Positions 9,172-22,118 are shown, counted from the first letter of the stretch. The stretch: 64,000 nucleotides of DNA from an uncultured Trueperaceae bacterium (GCA_963727505.1 CAVSGP010000004.1:768001-832000); one strand, 5' to 3'. Notes: generated from the sequence alone by a model not told the origin. Program-made: numbers and translations.

Positions 9172-10902
9172 ATGGATATCGCCGTCTCCGACGCCGCTCG
9201 TGACATCGTAGGGCGCGAGCGGACGCTGCTCGCCGACCTCCAGGCGTTGCTGGCCAGGCTGGAGGCCAAGGACGAGCATCTCGACGACCTGCGCAACGCC
9301 ATGCGCGACCTCGACGGCATCTTCATGCTGGTGGTGTGCGGCGAGTTCAACGCCGGCAAGTCGTCGCTCCTGAACGCGCTCGTGGGCGAGCGCGTCATGC
9401 CGGAGGGCGTCACCCCCACCACCGACCGCATCACCGTGGTGACCTACGCGGACAGCCCGAGCGAGAGCGAGGAGGCGCCGGCGCTGGTGCGCCGCAGCTA
9501 CCCGGCTCCGCTGCTGCGCGACCTGGCGCTCGTCGATACGCCCGGCACCAACGCCATCATCCAGCGCCACCAGGAACTCACCGAGCGCTTCGTGCCGCGC
9601 GCCGACCTGGTGCTGTTCGTCACCAGCGCCGACCGGCCCTTCACCGAGAGCGAGCGCACCTTCCTCGAGCTGATCGCCTCCTGGGGCAAGAAGGTGCTGA
9701 TGGTGGTGAACAAGCTCGACATCCTGGAGGGCGACGCGGAGCGCGAGAAGGTGATCGCCTACGTGCGCGATCACGCCAGCGAGACGCTGGGCACGACGCC
9801 GGAGGTCTTCGGGGTGTCGGCCAAGGCTGCCTTCAAGGCGCGCAAGGCCGACGATCTGGCAGGGGTGCAGGCGAGCGGGCTGGGCGCGCTCGAGCGCGCC
9901 ATCGCCTCACGGCTGGGCGAAGATCGGCTCAAGCTCAAGCTGTTGTCGCCGCTGGGGGTGGCGCGGCGCACCGCCGAGCACTACCGCTCGGTGCTGGACA
10001 ACCGCCTCGAGTTGCTCTCGACCGACCGCCGCACGCTGGAGGAGATCGAGCGCCAGCGCGAGCAGTTCGAGAAGGACATGCGGCGCGAGTACGAGGGCTA
10101 CCTGTCGCGCATCGAGAACGTGCTGCTGGAGGTCGAGAAGCGCGGCAACGAGTTCTTCGACGACACCGTGCAGCTGCGCAAGGTCTTCATGCTCATGAAC
10201 ACCGAGCGGGTGCGGGAGGCCTTCCAGAACCGGGTGCTCAAGAACGTCGACAGCGATATCGACCGGGCCGTCAGCGACATGGTCGACTGGTTCATCCAGC
10301 GCAACCTGCAGCTCTGGGAGGACGTCATGACCTTCGTCAACGAGCGCCGCGCCGCCGAGCGCGAGCGCGTCATCGGCGAGGTGGGCGGTCGCTTCCAGTA
10401 CGACCGGCAGGTGCTGGTGCGCTCCCTGCACGAGCGCTCCGAGACGGTGCTGGAGGGCTACGACCAGAAGGCCGAGTCGGCCCGGCTGGCGGACTCGCTG
10501 CAGAGCTCGGTGGTGCAGTCGGGCCTGCTCGAGGTCGGCGGCCTGGGGCTGGGCGCAGCCGTGCTGGCCATCCTGACGACGACGGCGGTCGACGTCACCG
10601 GTATCGCGCTGGGGTTGGCGCTGATGGGCGTGGGCCTGCTGGTGATGCCGCGGCAGCGCCGCAAGGCCAAGCGCGAGCTGGCGCGCAAGATGGAGGAGCT
10701 GCGCGCCGGCCTGAGCGAGAGCCTGGCGTCGCAGGTCGACACCGAGCTGGCGCGCTCGCAGGAGAAGCTGTCGGGCGCCATCAACCCCTACACCCGCTTC
10801 GTGCGCGCCGAGCTGGACCGGCTGGGCGAGCTGCACGGGGAACTCGACGGCTTCGACGAGCGCATGTCGGCGGTCAAGCGCGAGGTCGAGGCGCTGGGGT
10901 AG
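9172..10902 (+). CDS. bacterial dynamin-like GTPase
   Basis: G1 GEFNAGKS, G2 TPTT, G3 DTPG, G4 NKLD; coiled coil; C-terminal hydrophobic hairpin. Confidence 0.88.
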   Translation: MDIAVSDAARDIVGRERTLLADLQALLARLEAKDEHLDDLRNAMRDLDGIFMLVVCGEFNAGKSSLLNALVGERVMPEGVTPTTDRITVVTYADSPSESEEAPALVRRSYPAPLLRDLALVDTPGTNAIIQRHQELTERFVPRADLVLFVTSADRPFTESERTFLELIASWGKKVLMVVNKLDILEGDAEREKVIAYVRDHASETLGTTPEVFGVSAKAAFKARKADDLAGVQASGLGALERAIASRLGEDRLKLKLLSPLGVARRTAEHYRSVLDNRLELLSTDRRTLEEIERQREQFEKDMRREYEGYLSRIENVLLEVEKRGNEFFDDTVQLRKVFMLMNTERVREAFQNRVLKNVDSDIDRAVSDMVDWFIQRNLQLWEDVMTFVNERRAAERERVIGEVGGRFQYDRQVLVRSLHERSETVLEGYDQKAESARLADSLQSSVVQSGLLEVGGLGLGAAVLAILTTTAVDVTGIALGLALMGVGLLVMPRQRRKAKRELARKMEELRAGLSESLASQVDTELARSQEKLSGAINPYTRFVRAELDRLGELHGELDGFDERMSAVKREVEALG

Positions 10903-10950
10903 GGAAACGGGCTCGCCCAGGGCGAGGCGCGGGGTGCTAGACTCTCCGCC

Positions 10951-11799
10951 ATGGCTCGAACCGACCGTCCACGCATCGCCTACCAGGGCGTGGCCGGGGC
11001 GTTCAGCGAGGAGGCGGCGCTCAAGTTCGCACCCGATGCCGAGGCCGTGGGCTTCACCAACTTCGGGGACGCGTTCGCCGCCGCGGTCAGCGGCGACTGC
11101 CAGTTCGCCTGCCTGCCGGTCGAGAACAGCCTGGCCGGCTCCATCAACCAGACCTACGACCTGCTCACGGACTCCGTGCTGCACGTGGTCGGCGAACAGA
11201 TCGTGCGCGTGCACCACAACCTCATGGTGAAACCCGGCGTGAAGCTCGAGGACGTGAAGCGCGTCTACAGCCACACCCAGGCCCTGCAGCAGTGCCAGAG
11301 CTACATCCGCAAGCACGGCTTCGAGGCGGTCACCGACTTCGACACCGCCGGCGCCGCCAAGCTGCTGGCGGAGAACGGCGGCCAGGGCAAGGCGGCCATC
11401 GCCAGCAAGCGCGCGGCCGAGGCCTACGGGCTCGAGGTGCTCGCCGAGGACATCGAGGACCTGGACTTCAACTTCACGCGCTTCTTCGTGCTCGGCACCG
11501 ACGAGCGCCAGAAGGAGAGCGACGCGAGCAAGACCAGCCTGGTGCTCGCCACCCGCCACAAGCCGGGCTCGCTGGTCGACTGCCTGCAGGAGTTCCCTCG
11601 CAACGGCATCAACATGACCAAGCTCGAGTCGCGCCCGCGCCGCGACAAGCCCTGGAGCTACCTCTTCTACGTCGACATCGAGGGCCACATCGAGGACGAG
11701 AACGTGGCCACGGCCATCACCGCGCTGATGCGCAAGGCGGCGTTCGTGAAGTTCCTGGGGAGCTATCCGGCGGCGCCGAGCGTGGTGGAGATCGAGTAG
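10951..11799 (+). CDS. pheA: prephenate dehydratase
   Basis: YQGVAGAFSEEAA, PVENSLAG, NFTRF and TKLESRP (ACT domain) motifs. Confidence 0.95.
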   Translation: MARTDRPRIAYQGVAGAFSEEAALKFAPDAEAVGFTNFGDAFAAAVSGDCQFACLPVENSLAGSINQTYDLLTDSVLHVVGEQIVRVHHNLMVKPGVKLEDVKRVYSHTQALQQCQSYIRKHGFEAVTDFDTAGAAKLLAENGGQGKAAIASKRAAEAYGLEVLAEDIEDLDFNFTRFFVLGTDERQKESDASKTSLVLATRHKPGSLVDCLQEFPRNGINMTKLESRPRRDKPWSYLFYVDIEGHIEDENVATAITALMRKAAFVKFLGSYPAAPSVVEIE

Positions 11800-11902
11800 G
11801 GCTCGCAACGTCTGGGGGCCGCGCAGAGCGGCGGAACACGCTCACCGACACCCGTTCCGCTGGGTACGATAGCGACAGTCTCGTCCCGGAGCCACTTTGC
11901 CG

Positions 11903-14866
11903 ATGAAGTTCGTCGCGACCCTCGCCTGCCTGCTCGCCGCGCTCCTCAGCGCGACCGCCTTCGCTCAGACCGCGACGATCGACGTCAACGCACCGCCGGA
12001 CCGGCTGGCGCTGCCGGGGGCGTTCGTGACGCTGGTCTACGTGGTGAAGAGTCCCGTCAGCGGCCAGGCGCAGGTCGAGGTCGCGTCGCAGCACGGGTAC
12101 ACCCTCCTGGCGCCACCGCCCACGGCGAACCTCATGGCCGGCGTCGCGACGCCCTTCGCGGTCACCGTGGAGATCCCGAACGACGCGCCGGCACTGTCGG
12201 TGGACGCCGTGACCCTGACCGTGACGCTAGGCAGGCGTCCAAGCGCAGGGGACGGTGCACGTCACCATCGGGGAGAAGCGCGGCCTGACGATCCAGGCGC
12301 CAGCGGAGGTAGCGGTGTCGGCCGGAACGATCACCTTCACGGTGGTCAACCAGGGGAACGTCGAGGAGAAGGGATCGTTCCTGGTCACGCAGAACGGGAC
12401 GACAGTCCTCGAGCGTGCGCTCGCGCTAGCCGGGGGTGACCGCCAGGCCGTGACGGTCCCTGCAACCAAGCCCGGGTCGGTCCAGGCGACCTTCTCGGTC
12501 GGTGGCAAGGAGCTGGCGCGCGGCTTCACCCGGGTGGTCCAGCAGGGCGTCCCGTCACCGCCGCCGATCCGGCTCCATGCGGACGTAACGGGCTCGATCG
12601 ACACGACCGCGGCGTGGGGCTTCTCCGTGAAGGTGCAGGGGTCGCTCTCGGACTACCTGACGACCTCCGGGGCGCTCTACGTCGATCGACCGCCGCTCGA
12701 GCTCGCTGTCGCTCGATGCGCCCGGTTGGCAGGCGTCGATCGGCGCACTCGGCGGAGCCCCGCTCGGACTGTCGCTGCCGTCCGAGCTGGGGATCCGTGG
12801 GGCCTACAAGGACGGACCCTGGACCGCCGGGGGCGGCGCCACCTGGATCGGCGCCGACCGCTTCGCCGGGTACGCCTTCGGCGGCCGCAAGGACGAGCAC
12901 ACGGTGTACGCCGGCGCCGTCGGCATGCACGCCGGAACGCCCATGGCCGTGCTCTCGGCCGGACAGACCCACAAGGCGAGCACCTGGACGATCGCCGCAA
13001 CGTTGCTCGACGGCTCGCTCTCGGGTTCGGCGGCCGCCAGACAGCGGGACCCCGAGACGAAGGGAACGGCCAACGTCTCGGTCGGCGTCTCTCGGGCTGC
13101 TCACGGACAGCGGGACGCTCCAGGTCAGCGCGGGATACAGCGACGGCCTCGCCAGCCTCTACGGCAGCGCGACCGCGCCGATCGGCTCGCAGGCGGTCGG
13201 GGAGCGCCAGGGGCGGGGCGGTCCTACGGCTCCCGGTGCCGATCGCCGGCAGCCTCTACCTCCATCTGCAGGGGGCACCGACGAGAGCTTCGCCTCCCTC
13301 GGCTACGCTGCGGCCTTGGGCAGCGGGATCCAGACGAGCGACAGCCTCGGGATCACCAACGCCGGCGGGTCACCGGGCGTGCACGCGTCGACGTCGTGGG
13401 CCTACGTCGCTGGCCCCGGGAACACGTTGGGGGCCGATGCCGACCTCATCTACACGACCGGCCGACGGCAGCGTGACGGGGCGCGTCGCGGCGCGCTACG
13501 CCGCGGGCTTCGGCCCTGCCGCCTTCAGCGTCAGCGGGGGCTGGGACCTGGGCCAGGGGACGGTCGGGATGGGCAGCGCCTTCTCATGGGACGGAGGGCC
13601 CTGGAGCCTGCAGGTCAACGGCGACGCCGGGCTGGACACCGTCACGGACGCTTTCAACTTCGGCCTGGGCCTGACCGGGCACGTGGCCGTCGACTTCGAC
13701 GTTCCGGAGTCGGTCGTGCGCGCCACCGGCGGCCGCCGGCTCGGGCACCCTCGAGGGGCTCGTCCACGCCGGGTCGGCAGGGCGTCCCGGGCGTGACCGT
13801 CAGGGTCGGGCCCGTACCGGGTCGCACCGGCAAGGACGGTCGCTTCGACGTCCAGCTTCCGCCCGGCGAAGTCCGGCTGGCCCTCGACCTCATGACCCTG
13901 CCCATCCAGTACCAGGTCGAGGGCCCGCTTGAGCGCACGGTCACCCTCGCCGCCCGGCATACCGCGCACGCCGACTTCCCGGTCGTCGCTTCGGCGGCCT
14001 CACGGGCAGCGTGCTCCTGGACAGCGATGGCAACGGCACGCCGGACACGCCGCCCAAGTCCGGCGGAGGCACCGTCCTCCTCACGACGGGGGCCGAGCAG
14101 CCCGCGCGCCCTCCAGGTCGACGCGAACGGGAACTTCTCGGCTCGCGGGCTGCTTCCCGGCACGGCAACGCTGAAGCTGTCGAATCTCCCGCTGGGCTCG
14201 CAGGTCGAAGGCGCGGACACGCAGACGGTCGACGCTGCGGGCCGGGAGCGTCAGCCACGCCACCTTCCTCGTCGAGCCCGCCGTCGTGAGCGCGCCGGTA
14301 TTCGGCGCCAGCAGCTTCCGGATCCGGTCGGTCGCGACGGAGGTCGCCAAGGTGCCCCCCGGCGCCGCGCCGCTCGTCACCGTGAAGGTGCAGGGGCATG
14401 CCGACGCGCGTGGACGTCGTCGTGAACGGCGCCGAGCCACGCCCTGAAGGGCAAAGCGGCGACACCTGGACGGGCCGCGTGCCGGTGCCACCGGACGCCA
14501 AGAACGGGGTGTTGAGTACCAGGTCGTGGCGACGAGCGGGGCGGCCACTGTCGAAGCGCGACGGTCAGCTCCTGGTCGACCCGTCGGCCGCGGCCGTAAC
14601 TCGGCGAAGGCGAACGGTGCCGGCCAAGGCTGGGCGGCGTCCAGAAGGTGAACGTGACGGTCTACCTGCAGGCGACGAGCGTGAGCTGACATCGCCGTTC
14701 GGTGGTCGGGTGAAGGCTCGGAGAGCGCAACCCGGCCGCTGGACGGCCGACCTCCCGGTCCCCGACGGCACGAAACCGGACATCTACAGCGCGAGCTACA
14801 CCGTCACGACCGAAGACGGTCGCACGCTGACCGGGGACGTGCGGTTCCGGGTCGTCGCCCCCTTGA
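11903..14866 (+). pseudogene. large exported usher-like protein (Ig-like N-domains, beta-rich central region, carboxypeptidase-regulatory/SdrD-B-like C-domains), broken by multiple frameshifts
   Basis: Signal peptide MKFVATLACLLAALLSATAFA. Coherent protein segments continue across different frames: ...VHVTIGEKRG..., ...AFSVSGGWDLGQG...FNFGLGLTGHVAVDFDVP..., ...VLLDSDGNGTPD..., ...DVRFRVVAP. May be sequencing indels rather than true decay. Confidence 0.6.
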
Positions 14867-14890
14867 GTGCTTGGTCGGCTTCGGCTTGCC

Positions 14891-15852
14891 TCAGGGGTTG
14901 GGTTGCGCCGCGTAGGTCGCGGTGAAGCTGTAGGCTCCCGCCGCTTCGCCGCCGTCCACATGCAGCCCGAAGTCGGACGGCGTCAGGAAGGTCACGTAGC
15001 CGCGGTGGCCCGACGTGCTGCTGAAGACGTAGCCATCGGCCTGCGGTCCGCCGAAGATCCGGATGTCGGGCACGCCCAGAGACGAGTTCGGTCGGCCCCG
15101 AGTTCTCCACCACCGTCACGTCGACGCGGTAGCCGGTGGGGTTGTTCGTGGCGACTGCCAGATCGACTGAAGTCGCCGACGTCATCGGCAGAAGATGCAC
15201 CGGTTCGCACGGCCTGGAGGTAGGTGACGAAGTTCGAGAGGGTGTAGTCGAAGTCAACGCTCGCCGTCTGCCCCGCCGGCACAGCCGTCGAGGAGGAGGG
15301 ACACGTACGATGGGATCGTCACCGTGATGGTCGTCGTGACGGAGTCTCGCACCTTGTTCCCGTGGCTCGGTGGGCCGTTCGCATCCCACGCGTGGAAGGT
15401 CACGGTCGTGGTGTAGGTACCTGGCGGCTCGCTGCCGTCGATGCGCAGCCGGTACTCGACCGAGACGTCGGTCTTGTTGACGTCGTGCGTGAAGAGCGTG
15501 ACCGGGATCGTCGAGATGGGCGCCCAGTCCAGTACGATCGGCTCGATGTGCGGCCCCGACAGGGTGATCCGCGCCTCCAACGTCATCGGTGTCGGCGGGG
15601 ACCAAGGGGACCGCGAGACCTCGAGGCTGTAGGCGTTCTTCTTGTCCTGCAGTACCTGGAAGGCGATCGGCGACGTCGGGCTGGTCGGGCTCAGCGCGCC
15701 ACCGACCGCGGCCGCGTACTCGGCCTGGGTGGGCAGGAACTGCACGCCGTTGCTGCAGTCCTTCGGGGGGACGCAGTGGATGGTCTGGGAACCGCAGCTC
15801 CCCCGCCAGGCCGATCGCCACAGCGAGACAATGGGCGCAGAGAGCCAACGCA
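14891..15852 (-). pseudogene. two-domain minor pilin/adhesin-like exported protein, frameshifted
   Basis: Stitched frames give two pilin-like domains ending in EYRLRIDGSEPPGTYTTTVTF and FGLHVDGGEAAGAYSFTATYAAQPNP*. N-terminal Cys pair HCVPPKDC. Confidence 0.55.
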
Positions 15853-16622
15853 CTACTGCACCTCGTACGGTAGTTGTCCCGGTCAGAAGGCCCCCGCGGG
15901 AGTCTTTGAGGAGAAGCAGAAGGACATAGTAGCCCTTCGGTAGGTCCGGCATCTTGACCGAGATGTCCCGTTCGCTCTCCCTGAGGATGGCGCTACTACC
16001 GACCGAAAGGCTCTGGACAGTATTTCCGGTGGTGTCCCGCACCTCGATCGAGCCCGAATACCGCATCACCGTGTTGCCCTCGTTGGCGACGATGGCGTGG
16101 ACGCTAGAAGCCATCGCGGTACATGTCGGTGAGCTTCGATCCGTTCTTCTCGGTGCCGGCGACGGTGACATAAACGACCACACCGACCCGCTGCCGCATC
16201 GAGACCTGCGTACCCGAAGCCGTTCCCGGCGCCGCGGGCGTCTCTACGAACATCACGGCGTTGTAGGTCCCGGCCAGCATCGGGTCGTTGGGCACCTGGA
16301 TGTTGAGCCGGACTGACTGCTGCCCCGCCCCCGTCATTTCCACCGAATCGCTCGGGAGCTGGATCCAGGACGCGGCGCTTAGGCGACCTCTCCCGGCGCC
16401 AGGTACGTGAGCTGACCGTCTTGCGCCATCGCCCAATCATTCGTCGCCAGGCCGAGCCGTACAGCGTCGGTGCCCGTCCAGATCGCATCGAACGTCGTGG
16501 TAACCGACCCCCCCACGGGGACTGTTGACATCGATTCGCGGTGGCGAGACGCCGATGTCCGCCGCATGCGCGGCGGACATCCAGGGAAACAAGAGTATGA
16601 GGAGTGAGGGGGATCGGCGCAT
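15853..16622 (-). pseudogene. PapD/DUF916-like pilus-assembly chaperone, frameshifted
   Basis: Stitched frames: signal peptide, IGVSPPRIDV, SAASWIQL, LAGTYNAVMFVE, RQRVGVVVYVTV, VANEGNTVMR, LPKGYYVLL...LPYEVQ*. Confidence 0.65.
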
Positions 16623-16633
16623 TGCTCATCACA

Positions 16634-17190
16634 TCATGGCACGGAGGCCGAGTAGGTTACCGTGTAGGTGTAATCGCCGGGGGTCTCGGTGCCGGTCAGG
16701 CCGAAGCTGAAGTCGGAGCTGTCCGTGATGAGTGTCTGCCAGCTCGGAGCCGTAGTGTTGTTCGTGCCGTTGATCGTCATGGTCGGATTGGTCGTGAGCG
16801 CTGATGTTGAGCATGATCTCGCCCATCACCGTCCCGTCCATGCCCGTACCACTGCCCGCGGAGGTGATAGGCCGTCACTGTGACGTTGCCGGAGGCGTTC
16901 GTGAACCCCTCGAGCGAACCGAAGGCCGTGCTGCTATCCGGCGCCAGCGACACGGTGCCGCTCGTGGCCGCATTGCGGATCTCGGCAACGGTGGGCGTGA
17001 AGCTGACGTCGTAGGTGCGGTACCGTTCAGACGAAGCATGACGACGTACGGGATGTGGACGAGGACGTGTGCTGGACCGGCCATCGATTCGCGCCATTCG
17101 TGGTCGCGATGAAGTCGTCGACTGCGCAAACGACGCGCCGACCGTTCCCAGGAGGAGTGCAGCTGCTGCGATGAGGATGGTCTTCTTCAT
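16634..17190 (-). pseudogene. major pilin-like exported protein, frameshifted
   Basis: GGAGG SD and Sec-type signal MKKTILIAAAALLLGTVGASFA. Thr/Ser/Gly-rich, about 185 codons. C-terminal FSFGLTGTETPGDYTYTVTYSASVP* resembles the terminal strand of CS1/Csu-type pilins. Confidence 0.6.
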
Positions 17191-17213
17191 AACGTTCCCT
17201 CCGGATCAAACAG

Positions 17214-17291
17214 AATCGGCCGGTCGCGCTACTAGCTCCACCTGTCCCAAGCGCCCGAATACAGGATCAGGTTTCATCGCTTCCGAAGGGA
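17214..17291 (-). ncRNA. c-di-GMP-II riboswitch
   Basis: Minus strand reads UCGG-AAGCGAUGAA-ACCUGAUCC-UGUAUUCGGGCGCUU-GGGACAGGU-GGAGCUAGUAGCGCGACCGG-CCGA. This shows P1 (UCGG/CCGA), kink-turn GAUGAA/GGAG, a stem ACCUG-UCC/GGA-CAGGU and pseudoknot CGG-GCGCU/AGCGC-GA-CCG, matching the class-II consensus. Confidence 0.85.
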
Positions 17292-17560
17292 TCCCCGCCA
17301 GCTCGATTTGGTGGGGAGTTCGTAAGACTGACCGGAGCCTAGCCAGGGCAGACTTACAGAACTCTTAATCGGCGTGCTGTTTGTGGAGTCCTTTACGCGT
17401 CCTGGACGGGTTTGTTGGAAATCCCACAGAATGCGGCTCGCCGCGGCCTCTTCCGATGCGCTGCAGAGATGCCGTCCTGGACGAAGGTTCGGCGTGCGGG
17501 TGCTCCAGCGACGAGAGCAGGCCGTCCGACGGGCACGTGGGTCCCCGAGGACACGGCGCC

Positions 17561-17600
17561 GCACAGCCAGAGCACAGCCAGAGCACAGCCCGAATACAGC
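17561..17600. repeat. 11-bp-period direct repeats (GCACAGCCAGA x2, GCACAGCCCGA, ATACAGC)
   Basis: Units start at 17561, 17572, 17583 and 17594, in the divergent intergenic region between the pilin operon and the S4 gene. Confidence 0.8.
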
Positions 17601-17684
17601 GCCGTCGATCCCGCACCCGCCGTGCGCCCGCCCCCTAGCCACACGTTGGCCACCCCGCGCCCACCCCGCGCCTACACTGGAGGC

Positions 17685-18065
17685 ATGAACGACGGGCCCG
17701 AAGCCACACCCCGCGGCGACCGCCCCGGCGACCGCCCTTCCATCCGCCTGGACAACGTCCTCAAGCTCGCCGGCATCGCCGAGACCGGCGGTCAGGCGAA
17801 GCGCATGATCCAGGGCGGGGAGGTGCGGGTGAACGGCACGGTCGAGACGCGCCGCAAGCACATGCTCCACGACGGGGACGAGGTCGAGGTGCAGGGCGAG
17901 ACCTTCGTCGTCGAGTTGACGAGCGAGGACGAGCTCGAGGACGACATGGACGATGTCCTGGACGACGGCCCGCACCCTGCAACGGACACCCCACCCAGTG
18001 GCGCAGCGGAGGAGAACGGGCCCGACGGCGCGCCGGACCCCGACGCTCGCCCACCCCGCACCTGA
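17685..18065 (+). CDS. RNA-binding S4 domain protein (YaaA/YbcJ-like) with acidic tail
   Basis: IRLDNVLKLAGIAETGGQAKRMIQGGEVRVNGTVETRR motif. TACACT lies 6 nt before the ATG. Confidence 0.88.
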   Translation: MNDGPEATPRGDRPGDRPSIRLDNVLKLAGIAETGGQAKRMIQGGEVRVNGTVETRRKHMLHDGDEVEVQGETFVVELTSEDELEDDMDDVLDDGPHPATDTPPSGAAEENGPDGAPDPDARPPRT

Positions 18066-18098
18066 CCCAGCCGAGCCCCCGAAACCCGCCAGGCTCCG

Positions 18099-18854
18099 TC
18101 ACACCGAAGCCAGCGCCTCCACGGTCACGCCCTCCAGCGCCACCGGGCCCACCTTCTCGCCCGGGTACCAGAGCGTGCGCGACCGGAACCTACCCGCCGC
18201 CGGCGCGCGAAACACCTCGACCCAGCCGTTCTCCAGGTCGAGGAGCCAGACCTCCCCCACCTGTCCACGGGCGTACAGCGGAAGGCGCACGTCCTTGGAG
18301 GCCGGCGCGCGCACCACGTCGACCGCCAGGAGGGCTTCGCCCCCCGGGCGTGAAGCTGCACGGCCGAAGCGTGCCGACACGTCGAGCAACGCCAGGTCAG
18401 GGCGCAGCAGGTCCTGACGCGAGAGCCGCAGGGCGGGCAGGAACTCCAGCACCGCCCGCCCCAGCAGCAGCGGCTCGAGCCGCGAAGCCAGCCCCACCAC
18501 CGCCGCCACCTCGACCGCGCGCGGCAGCGGCGGCACCGCTACCCTCCCGTCGATCAGCTCGGCGCGCGGCCCCGCCGGCAACGACCCGGCCCTTTGCCGG
18601 GCCAGGAACTCCGCCACGCTGGTGCTCCCGCGCGTCGGAGGAGCCGAATCGGGATCCCCCGTGCCGACCGAACCCTGGGCCCCACCGGACCCAGGCACCT
18701 TGCCCGAGCGCCGCGCCGCACCGTCACCGGAAGCCTGTTCCGACCCGCCGCGCGGGTCGCCTCCCGCTTCGGTCCCCGCGCCCTCGCCCACACCCTGCCC
18801 TGCACCCTCCCCCGCGCCCCGTCCCTCGTGCTCTCCCGACCGCCTGGTTGCCAT
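18099..18854 (-). CDS. Uma2 (DUF820) family endonuclease-like protein with low-complexity N-terminus
   Basis: RAELIDGRV, PDLALL, LPLYARGQVGEVWLLDL and WVEVFRAP motifs. Start uncertain. Confidence 0.75.
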   Translation of the reverse strand: MATRRSGEHEGRGAGEGAGQGVGEGAGTEAGGDPRGGSEQASGDGAARRSGKVPGSGGAQGSVGTGDPDSAPPTRGSTSVAEFLARQRAGSLPAGPRAELIDGRVAVPPLPRAVEVAAVVGLASRLEPLLLGRAVLEFLPALRLSRQDLLRPDLALLDVSARFGRAASRPGGEALLAVDVVRAPASKDVRLPLYARGQVGEVWLLDLENGWVEVFRAPAAGRFRSRTLWYPGEKVGPVALEGVTVEALASV

Positions 18855-19001
18855 GCCCCGAGCATGCGCACCCCCGGAAGTTCTTGCACGCGCCGCCGGG
18901 AGCCGCGCCGACCGCTCCTGGGCCCGCGTCGCGCCCGAGCCGGGCGCTCCCAGCACCCGTGATACACTCCCGAGCGGGCGTCCGGAGGCCCTTCATTACC
19001 T

Positions 19002-22082
<3,081 letters not shown>

Positions 22083-22118
22083 CCGTCGGCCGGAGCCATC
22101 GCCTCGGAGGTTGGTGGT

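Noticed and set aside
11903..17190. Programmed frameshifting or slipped-strand phase variation as the cause of the broken frames
   Set aside because: There are too many breaks per gene, and I see no long homopolymer or slippery tract marking a single switch.
17561..17600. CRISPR array
   Set aside because: The repeats are 11-bp tandem units without unique spacers, and no cas genes are in the window.
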